Below, piece by piece: positions 26,901-35,000 of a stretch of DNA of 64,000 bases. Every line of letters starts with the position of its first letter. Positions within the stretch are counted from its first letter, which is position 1. The notes under the pieces are model-generated. The model was not told where the DNA came from. It did not search any database and worked only from the letters and a program-made list of their open reading frames with translations. Made by a program: the position numbers and the translations under genes. The stretch is from assembly GCA_046538485.1 (NCBI GenBank), contig JBKHIT010000002.1:64001-128000 (forward strand). The letters run 5' to 3'. The stretch is from Candidatus Brocadiia bacterium (GTDB lineage: Bacteria; Planctomycetota; Brocadiia; SM23-32).

Positions 26901-29900
26901 GGAATACGATGTGGTCTTCGCACCGGGATGGGAATTGGTGGGCGAATGTCCTCCCAGTATACAAAAAGCTCTTAAACGCCTTGTTAATGCCGGCAAAATC
27001 GTCGCGACCGAGCGGTCGAGTAAACTTCCCGTAAAGGGGATTTCAAGGCTTCAATCATCGCTTGATGAATACGACGATAAGCTCGGTGGCGCTTTCCCGC
27101 GATATGTGGATTTTGAGACGGAGATGGTGTGGAACCGGAGTGAGAAAACGACGCAACTGGTGGGAGATTTCCTTTCAAAACACATCGAACCGGCGGGGTT
27201 GGTCCAAAAGGCTGAAGGGACCGAGGAACTCCCGGTCCACGTGGGGCCGGACTGGCTGAAATGCGGGCGGGGACAATACATGATTATACCCAATTTTGCT
27301 TATACGCGGTTTGATGGGCTTCATAAAACGCTCTATCAGGCGCCCGACCGGCCGACCGTGAAATTTCCCGAGAAGAATCCGAAATGCTACGATATGCTCG
27401 AGATGCGATCTGTGGAAGTTGAAAGGAAAGATGACTGGATGATTGTCCGGCCGGACTTCCGGTACTACCCGGGGAAGATATACGCTTTCCTCCCGCGTGA
27501 AATCGGTGGCGTGAGTCTGAAGGCCAGTTCCGAGGTTAAGGCGGGAGAAACCATCCAATACCAGGCACGAGTGACGGACGACGCTGGCCACACAATCAAT
27601 GCCGGTTTCCCTATTGAAATTAAGCTGGAGCACCCTCTTGGCAGGACGCTCTACGATGTTTACCGGGTAGCTAAACCTGTGTATTCCGGTGCTTATGCAA
27701 TGCCGGTCAATATTACACCCGGCAACTGGACCCTGAGCGTTCGGGAATTAATCGGCGGCGCGATTGCGAAGACGAAAATCAAGGTGGGGCGAGGGGCGTT
27801 GCCCCTCGGCCAATACGATGGGACAACCGTGTTTGTGCATGATGTCGCCCAAATCCGCAGGTTTTTGAAAAATAACGAAAAAGTAATCATTGCGCGTTCG
27901 GAATCTCAGCAATGGTTAGTGCCGGCCGCTCGAGAACTATCCGCAGGACTGAAAAAGATGGGCATTGAGGCGGAGATCAAGAACATTGACGGGATCGTGC
28001 GCACTGCTGGAGACTGGAACCGCAAAAATCCAACAGCGGACGGGACAAGGATGTGGCGTGGAACAGTAGTCGCCCCTGGACTGTTTGTCGATGCTCCTGT
28101 GATCGTGCTGGGACGGCGTTACGAAAATCGGCTTGTGGAGGCTTTGATCGGTAGAGGAACAGTGCCGGAGCCTCTGACGGAAAACTTCCCGGGGCAAGGC
28201 CGTGCTGTCGTCGGACACGTGCGGCGGGCGTTTTCCAATGAGTACGACACCTTGTACATATTCTCACGAGACAAAACCGGAATAAAACGAGGAATCGAGA
28301 AATTGATCTCGGCGGAAGCGGATGTGTCAGCGCCCGTGCATCCGGAACTTGTTGAACCGAAAGTTCGGTCCGATGCGAAACTCGCTGATCAAGCCAGACG
28401 GGACTGGGCACCTTCAAGTTACCGACAGAATATCTGGGGTGAAGATCTGATTCGAACGATAGATGTCGATCCGGTATCCGGTCGAATCCTGGTCGGGACA
28501 TTTGGGTACGGTTACAACCTGTTCTGCCTGTCGGAGAAGGGAGATCTGTTGTGGCGCAAATTTCTGCCTGAACATGATGTTTACTATGCCCGATGGTATG
28601 ACCAGGGTATCAGGGAGATTGAGAAAGAAGAGGAAGAGGAGACGATAGGGGCGTGGGAAAATGCGAAAGAAATCAGGCCGGACGAAGGATACGAAGAAGA
28701 ACCAGAAGAGGGTCAGGGGGAAGAAGTGAAAAAGGGCGCCCGGCGTGTCGTAGCGGCGACGGGCCGCGGTTTCCATGTCTTTTTGCTCAACGGTGAAAAT
28801 GGTGACGTGATCAAAAAATTTGCATCGACCGAGTGGCCGAATTACCACAGTACTTACACCGAAGGAGCATTGAAGACTGAAGTGCCGATTAGAGTGAACA
28901 CACCTCTGAAACAGATATTGGTATGCGGGAAGACGGCTATGGTAGCACTGGATTATGAAGGGAACAAAATATGGTCGCTCGATAGGGCGGATGCGATCAC
29001 CGAATACCCTGAGAAAGCTGAACAAACCGGAGCGGCCACTTTTCCACGGTCAGCGGTCATGCGAGGGTTTGCGATCAGCCCCGATGGATCGAAGATTATT
29101 CATAGCCAGTATCGGATCACCGGATCTACGGAGACAGCAAAAGAAATAGTCGATGTTTGGGGCCACCTGCCGCACGTAATCGATGCCAGAACGGGGAAAA
29201 TTCTGGCGGTTAACCGGTCGAACCGGGGTGAAAGTACACGTGCTTGCGGATGGTCTGTAGGGTGGCCGGAAAATTCGAAACGGCCATGGGTGTATCGAAA
29301 AGGATTGGGAGCTCCTCTCCAAGAAGACGGAAGTTTTGGCGAATTTAAGCTGGTTCGTGGAAAAAGACTCGAAAATGGCGATTGGCTGCAGCATACAAAT
29401 ACGCGACTGGCAAGAGTTGCTGCGAATGGGAATGTGGTGTGGGAGAAGGACTCGGAGGAAGTCTGGATTCGACAACTGGACCGGCTCAGTAAGGATCAGA
29501 CGAAGATTTATCGTTGCGATCCCGACGGGCTGATTAAATGCTATGATCTTGAAAACGGAGAAACTCTTTGGGAATACGGCGGCTTGGATTACAGCGCGGT
29601 TTTCCGGCCGACCCAAAAGAGTCTGCTGGCTGGGGCGGAAGACGGTGACCTGGTATTTCTGGATTCAGCGGGAAAGGCGAAGTGGGAAACAACAATTCGT
29701 GACGACAACCGTGTTCCCGCTGGAGGATACCCCGGCGAAATTGAATATGCTGAACAGAGGGACCCCGATAGTACGGCTGAATTTTATCCGGTTGGTGAAG
29801 ATAAACCGGGAGACTATAAGACCCTTCTTCGGAAAGGCCTGGAGCAAATCTCTGGGGGTGGTTTTGAAGCCGGTACCCATTGGGAAATTAAAGATGGCAA

Positions 29901-32001
29901 AATCGAATCTGGTGGGGAGGCTCACCGAGGCAAGAAATGTTTGTCCCTTGAGCAAGGGGATCTTGTCAGCCAGGCTATCGAGCGAAAAGTGGTACCGTCG
30001 GCTACTTACCTGCTGGAATTTTTCTACAAAATCAATAATTTAAAAGCGCGGCTGACGGCTGGCGTGATGCTTGAGGGCAAGGGCAAGATCAGCGATGAAG
30101 TCCTTACTGCCTCGAAATTTGGGGCGGTGACGGGGGCGCGAGCCGGGCAGTGGAGCTTCGGGCGGCTCGCCGTGAAAAGCATGGCCGATACCGTGAAAAT
30201 ACGGGTCGGGTTTGAGGCGGAAGATGGAGTGGTTTTGGTCGATGATGTGAGTTTGAAACCGATTCGATTCCCGTCGGCCAATCTGGTGGCATGCGAAGAA
30301 CTCCACGCGATTGAGCCCACGTATGTGGAAGATATTCGAGTCCAGTATGATCGCGTTTCAGGGGCACTCAAGAATAAGTTGCGCAATAAGAATCGGGTCG
30401 CTGCGTTTGCCCAATGTGATCCGAATGTGGCAATCATCTGGACGCAGGAAGAAAGCTATTTGCACAATGGTCGGCTGGACGACATCGGTCAGATATGGCG
30501 CTATCAACCGGACAACGTGGGATTCAGCGTTATTTTTGCAGAACCTATGTACGTTTCCCATCTTGTGCTCTATCTGAACAATGCGACGCCTGGTAATGTT
30601 TATCAAACCATCGGCGTGCTGGCGAACAATATAGAGACGAAAATGCCAGAAACGGTGGCACTTGTGCGAGGGAATCGTCGTCGGTTCGTAGTAGTTCATT
30701 TCGACGAACCTGTCTACACCGATAATCTGAAAATATTGCCGGGACCGCACCGAGCTCATAAAGAGTGTATCACCGAAGTGGAAGTCTACGGTCCGCTCGG
30801 GGGCCCGGAAATGGCGGAGAAAAGCGATGGATTTTCGGAGGCAGCGCCGGCCCATTCGATGTTCATGGGATCGCCGGATCATGCTCCGAAACAACTTCCA
30901 GAACCCCTGACCGGCGAGTATAAAGAAGTAGCGAGATCGAGTCGCATTGGTACCCCGGCTTACCATTGTGGAGGCTCCGTTGCGAGCGGACTCTTTACGT
31001 TCGGTGTGGCAGATGGGAGGGTCCGCTCCGTGAAAATCAGTCGATCGGAGAGACGACATAACAGACCAGATTGGGGTCGGTCATGGTCTCTCAGCAGCGT
31101 GGCTCCAACAACCGCACCCGCACGATATAGAGGACGCCTTCTGGTCGGATCGGCGGATTATAAACTGCATGCGGTCGCTGATAATGGCATGCATCTGTGG
31201 GGTTTTGAGACGGACGGGAGAGTGTACTCAGCTCCAACTCCGAACGGACATGAAGTATATTTTGGCTCGGATGATGGGAATCTGTACAAAGCGGATATCG
31301 ATTCCGGGATGTTGATATGGCGGTTTGAAACCGGTGGAAAAGTGCGAAGCTCTCCTGCATTGTCCGACGGAAAACTTTATTTCGCTTCCTGGGATGGGAA
31401 CCTTTACGCTCTGGATGCGGCGAAAGGACGGAAGGTTTGGCAGGCTGCAATAGAGAAGTTCACACGTTGCAGTCCGGCGGTTCGAAGTGGAAAAGTTTAC
31501 ATTGGTGATGAACGAGGTCATATGGTCTGCTACAGCGCTAAAAACGGCAAATTGTTGTGGAGAAAGCCGCTGGGAGACCATATTTCGAGGTGTCCGGTTG
31601 TGCTGGGAGATAGTGTGGTATATGCGAGCGAAGACGGCAAAATCGCGGCAATAATGCCGTCGGGATCCGTCCGTTGGAGGCGTGATCTGAAGACGCGTAT
31701 CAGTGGCCAGCCCATTCCCACGCGGGAACAGCTTATCGTGCCCACTGACAATGGACTTTCTGTATTGAAATCGGACGATGGGAAGGACGATGAAAGGTTT
31801 GTCCCGCCTCGTAAGGCGGGTAAAATTCATACCGCCTTACCCTATAAAGGTTTCTTGTGTCTGCTGAGTGGTCGCCCATCCGTTTATAAGGCTGGCGGAA
31901 GGAACTTTGTGAATTATGGTGGCACTGTGGAGATCTGGGCTCCAAGAGAGGAACCTGAGACGTCGGAGACACCGGAAAAGGGCACGGGAGGTTCGAAATG
32001 A
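23974..32001 (+). CDS. Giant secreted multidomain protein (2675 aa): GH42-like barrel + trimerisation domain, Ig-like, alpha/beta domain, beta-propeller, CBM-like, C-terminal PQQ-like (BamB-type) propeller
   Basis: Signal peptide MKTDKLFLRGRWAAILLCILCLALVGEVSA, VCLYDEF, KVGIYYSRT..GYPADFL..YDVVFAPG, GGFEAG..AHRGKKCL and repeated VYFGSDDGNLY..WRFETGGKVRSSP. The uninterrupted 8 kb ORF supports real coding. Confidence 0.8.
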   Translation: MKTDKLFLRGRWAAILLCILCLALVGEVSADETVELRLVPYDRPDVTVDELDEERPIVNPVSTAQGVEMRQVGVAVTCWARNVRLDGQSVFERYHGRKYVGRVPVVKKKLEPGKHTIWPGEHTFTVTDEGELQSGSPALEIEENVVRIKCYPVTIEAYQSSGPGLSGTMRQQALPEMTLREAEDAWSAAEDNKKKPRELLPVFEDFAPLRIWLPPNTAGAGYLLHPVGLTFQLDADGVKVGSGEKGRKVDGIKTAKNKIRVPLRVHPVRGDQGSALVVLGVHKMEWERESGLKEARWYPRHQPYEVQIAEEAPTIEIEGHLQTLPIKMMRVRIVDQLSGAQQLLVAEMESPHLITQQQFVSRIRGVDARGSKLDDKVVFGEVRRYGENEWNKLGLKGHGQGEAKFFVPELPTGLYELRIGFEVAENDRFGVKRWVTIGPEEPRPGVGTFTQKGRNAFYRGEEFWIGLGVRTPGEQIPSGQRIELKLEDENGRELSVYVGKTKAPIEERKTYVVRVGGEMSLKLAPGKYRLAAKLGSYSSPGRDISIVEPDPQTHFTTMLNGKYNVIGKQYEKVLKTCEGAEFLAREIKEAGYNTFMGMSYSLQRHNRKNTAIEQLVRERPSLGPWESYYQPSGRDRFMNAAVRNNLRFYENIFSHHDSMLPRHKAFLAAAERYASLELESMRHSPVFRGVCLYDEFYHSGGVHTAAIKDMFLKAQQMGFRERYDGLTVAEAKKALDRFVRRPPGRRRTEDVEKYRLWKEHEDWQWERFSRRMNGAIKDVMPSARTFALQRFGGSNGSNIAHNGPSEKVFGPLDIASCVMYKDGGFGDRPVFAPMQADVLSIRKNIPVWTQLHCFHGPGIYGRHLLRQAFFALSQKVEGFSFFTIGFDPENPRQLDNRDTIRTIAAELCRPYGDFFMACEKGYKKVGIYYSRTAAHLRQRKSLKLSYACEGLWVGCMRAGYPADFLYDTDIIEGRGMEYDVVFAPGWELVGECPPSIQKALKRLVNAGKIVATERSSKLPVKGISRLQSSLDEYDDKLGGAFPRYVDFETEMVWNRSEKTTQLVGDFLSKHIEPAGLVQKAEGTEELPVHVGPDWLKCGRGQYMIIPNFAYTRFDGLHKTLYQAPDRPTVKFPEKNPKCYDMLEMRSVEVERKDDWMIVRPDFRYYPGKIYAFLPREIGGVSLKASSEVKAGETIQYQARVTDDAGHTINAGFPIEIKLEHPLGRTLYDVYRVAKPVYSGAYAMPVNITPGNWTLSVRELIGGAIAKTKIKVGRGALPLGQYDGTTVFVHDVAQIRRFLKNNEKVIIARSESQQWLVPAARELSAGLKKMGIEAEIKNIDGIVRTAGDWNRKNPTADGTRMWRGTVVAPGLFVDAPVIVLGRRYENRLVEALIGRGTVPEPLTENFPGQGRAVVGHVRRAFSNEYDTLYIFSRDKTGIKRGIEKLISAEADVSAPVHPELVEPKVRSDAKLADQARRDWAPSSYRQNIWGEDLIRTIDVDPVSGRILVGTFGYGYNLFCLSEKGDLLWRKFLPEHDVYYARWYDQGIREIEKEEEEETIGAWENAKEIRPDEGYEEEPEEGQGEEVKKGARRVVAATGRGFHVFLLNGENGDVIKKFASTEWPNYHSTYTEGALKTEVPIRVNTPLKQILVCGKTAMVALDYEGNKIWSLDRADAITEYPEKAEQTGAATFPRSAVMRGFAISPDGSKIIHSQYRITGSTETAKEIVDVWGHLPHVIDARTGKILAVNRSNRGESTRACGWSVGWPENSKRPWVYRKGLGAPLQEDGSFGEFKLVRGKRLENGDWLQHTNTRLARVAANGNVVWEKDSEEVWIRQLDRLSKDQTKIYRCDPDGLIKCYDLENGETLWEYGGLDYSAVFRPTQKSLLAGAEDGDLVFLDSAGKAKWETTIRDDNRVPAGGYPGEIEYAEQRDPDSTAEFYPVGEDKPGDYKTLLRKGLEQISGGGFEAGTHWEIKDGKIESGGEAHRGKKCLSLEQGDLVSQAIERKVVPSATYLLEFFYKINNLKARLTAGVMLEGKGKISDEVLTASKFGAVTGARAGQWSFGRLAVKSMADTVKIRVGFEAEDGVVLVDDVSLKPIRFPSANLVACEELHAIEPTYVEDIRVQYDRVSGALKNKLRNKNRVAAFAQCDPNVAIIWTQEESYLHNGRLDDIGQIWRYQPDNVGFSVIFAEPMYVSHLVLYLNNATPGNVYQTIGVLANNIETKMPETVALVRGNRRRFVVVHFDEPVYTDNLKILPGPHRAHKECITEVEVYGPLGGPEMAEKSDGFSEAAPAHSMFMGSPDHAPKQLPEPLTGEYKEVARSSRIGTPAYHCGGSVASGLFTFGVADGRVRSVKISRSERRHNRPDWGRSWSLSSVAPTTAPARYRGRLLVGSADYKLHAVADNGMHLWGFETDGRVYSAPTPNGHEVYFGSDDGNLYKADIDSGMLIWRFETGGKVRSSPALSDGKLYFASWDGNLYALDAAKGRKVWQAAIEKFTRCSPAVRSGKVYIGDERGHMVCYSAKNGKLLWRKPLGDHISRCPVVLGDSVVYASEDGKIAAIMPSGSVRWRRDLKTRISGQPIPTREQLIVPTDNGLSVLKSDDGKDDERFVPPRKAGKIHTALPYKGFLCLLSGRPSVYKAGGRNFVNYGGTVEIWAPREEPETSETPEKGTGGSK

Positions 32002-35000
32002 AAAGAGTTTTAGGCACCACAATAACGCTGTGGATCGCGGCATTGGTGTTTTTGTCGTTGAACTGTGCCGTCGCGGCCCAGCCCCATAATATCGTTGAAA
32101 ACTTCACCGCGAGGCTCAATTCAAGCGACCAAATACACTCTTCGGTTGTGACCACGGATCCCTGGCGCGGGGTTGGCCATGCGCATTTGACCTACAAGGC
32201 CGAAGGGCGCCATCGAAGGGCCAGCTTGTTTTTACCGGATGAAAAATACCGAGTTCCAGGACCGGGAACCGTAAAAATGTGGGTTAAGGGAGATGGGTCA
32301 GGTAATAATCTGCGAATCTGCGTGCGACATGCCAGAGTTCAACATGATCGGCATGGACGTCGTCGCCTGCAACACCATGAAGACATCTGGTCCAGGCAGG
32401 TCAAGCTCGATTTCGCAGGATGGAAACGCCTGAGTTTCGATATGAGCGAAATTCCCGATGACCGGTCGGCATGGTGGCGGTGCCTTGAGATCACAGTTCC
32501 GCGTGGGCAAGAAGCGAAAATGAGCGGTAAACTTGCTCTTGATGAATTTGTTCAGATTCCCAAAAAGTCGAGGCCAAAGGGGGCTGTGGCTGTAACACTG
32601 ATCGGGCCGCGGATACGCAATTTCAGCCGCAAAATCGCTGTCTCACTGGATGTCAGGAATTTCACCCGGAAAAGCCAGGAAATCAAAGCTCGAGTGGTGG
32701 CCACTGACCGAAATGAGAATCTGGTTCTGGATCGGGACTTTACTATCAAGGCCGAACCGTTCGCGAGAATAAGCGCCGATGAAAACAAGACTTCTGAACA
32801 CCATCTTGAACTTGTGCCCGATCAAATCGCACGGTTTCTTCCACCTTTCAAAGTCCAGTGCGATGTCGGTTCCGAACTAACCGATCTTTCGGTCAGCCGT
32901 AGTTTCAAAGTGGTGATGGGCAATAGTATTTATCTGTTTGATGACCTTTCAGATGTTTACGGGCGCTGGTTTACCGCGGGCGGCGGGGATTTGAAAAGTA
33001 TGCGGCATTGGCCGAAATGGATAATGGGAGAGCAGCAGAGATATTCCCCGTTCTACCAGACGTCGGCCAGGCTGACACGTGTGCCGGTCGAGCACAAACC
33101 AACCGGCAAATTACTTGCCGAACGATACCTCGGAAAGTATGCCATGAAATTCGACTATCGGGGCAACGCGGCGGTTTATATGACCCGCCGGCGTTATCTG
33201 CCCGGGAATGCCTACCGGATGGGGGTCTGGGTAAAAGGCGACGGCAACGGTGCTGAATTGTGGGCTCGTTTTCTCGATTACACAGACAATGCAGATTTTT
33301 GGCCCGGTGGGTGGCAACGAATTGGGCGCGGTGGGCGAGTGGTCTGTAAACTCGATTTTACCGATTGGAGATATTTCGAGTTAGAGTTGCCAGGTGGAGG
33401 TATCGGACGCAACACGCCGCGTGGTTCAACGGATGCGCTGGATTTTCCCCTTGAACTGACCGCTTTCCGCATCGAACCGGGGAAAGAAAAGAGTTCCGGG
33501 TCCGTTCAAATTGGAGCCATTCACGTTCATACCCAGCAACCACAACGAAAAACTCTGGCCGTGCAAGTAGGGTATGAAGATGCGGAAAGACGTTGGTGGT
33601 CGGAAGGCGATGCATGGGCTGCAGTGCAAAACAGCTGGCCGGGAGGCGGGCGGAAGGTAAGAGTGACCTGGAACCTGCTGGACCGAAAAAATGAAGAAAT
33701 TGCATCGGGACAAAAAGAGCTCGGACTTAATCCAGTAGCGACGGCAAATGTTGAGATACCTCTGTCAAAGTTCGCGGCGAAAATTGAGAAATGTCTCGCC
33801 CCTTTCCGCCTTCAAGTCGTTGCAACGGATACGGAAGACTTTTCTACTTCCACGACACGTGAATTGATTATCGCAAAACCGGATTCCTCGGCTTTAGTTG
33901 CCGATTTTGAGGCGGAACGGGGATACCTGGGAATGCTGCCGAGGGGCATGGAACGCAAGAAACCGGCCGGGGAATTCGTGGCCTGGACGAGCGCCAAAGT
34001 TTCGCATGGGGGGCAAAGATCGCTGGCCATCAATTGGAAGAAAGAGGCCGGACTCCAGTTGCCTGTATCGGTCGATCCACCTTTGCCGGGCGTGCCCGTT
34101 GAGCTGAGTTTGTGGGTCCATGGGGATGGTAAAGGTGAGATAATGTATCCGTTGATCGGGGACAAACGCGGGGTCAGTCATGGCGCGCACGGTGGGCAAT
34201 GGGATCTGTTTTTGCCACGCACAAGCGCGGGTAAATTTCAAAACGTGGTTAAGGTTGATTGGAAAGGATGGAAGAAGTTGACTTTCAATCTGCCGGTTAT
34301 TCCCCCGACATGGCAGGAAAAACTGCCGGTGCTGGGTTTTGAGGCCAGTTATCCGCTCGGTGTACATCTGATGGTGGACGGACGAGATGCATCGGCAGAA
34401 ATGGGCACGATATATGTCGATGATTTGCGTGCTGAAACACATCTCGCTCCTCAGCATCGAGTCAATATGCGGTTAAGGCCGATGGGGAGGACGAATGTCC
34501 TTCGTCCCGGCGAAGCGGCGCGCGTTTTGGTGACGAATCACGGGATGGCAGACGAGAGTAATGTAGAGATTGAAGGGGGTATTTATGATTGGCGGGGGCG
34601 AAAGCGGGTGGAAGTTGATGAAAAACGGGCTCTTAAACCGATGGCACATGTAGGGCTCGAATGCGGCGAAAAACTGCCGGTTGGTGCATACAAGATTGCA
34701 CTGGATCTAAAACAAAATGCGAAGAAGTTGGAGCACCTCAGCAAGGATTTTCTGGTGGGGGATCTGTCAAAATATCTCGGTAGCGGTTGGGAAGAACAGA
34801 TCGACGATTCGCCGGCTTTGAAGCGGCCCCTGGGTGAAGATTTTGCCCGGATTGATGAAGACTGGGACTGGGTGGAACATTATCCCGGAAACGTGCAGCT
34901 GGATACGCTGAGATATCACATAGGGAGGGTCAGGGAAGACGGCGCGAAACCGTGGGCTTTGCTTGGATACAGCGCTTATTATGCCGCTGGAGTGGGTTTT

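Noticed and set aside
30950..31900. True PQQ-dependent dehydrogenase or BamB ortholog
   Set aside because: The propeller repeats are a terminal module of a 2675-aa mosaic protein, with no lipobox or dehydrogenase context.
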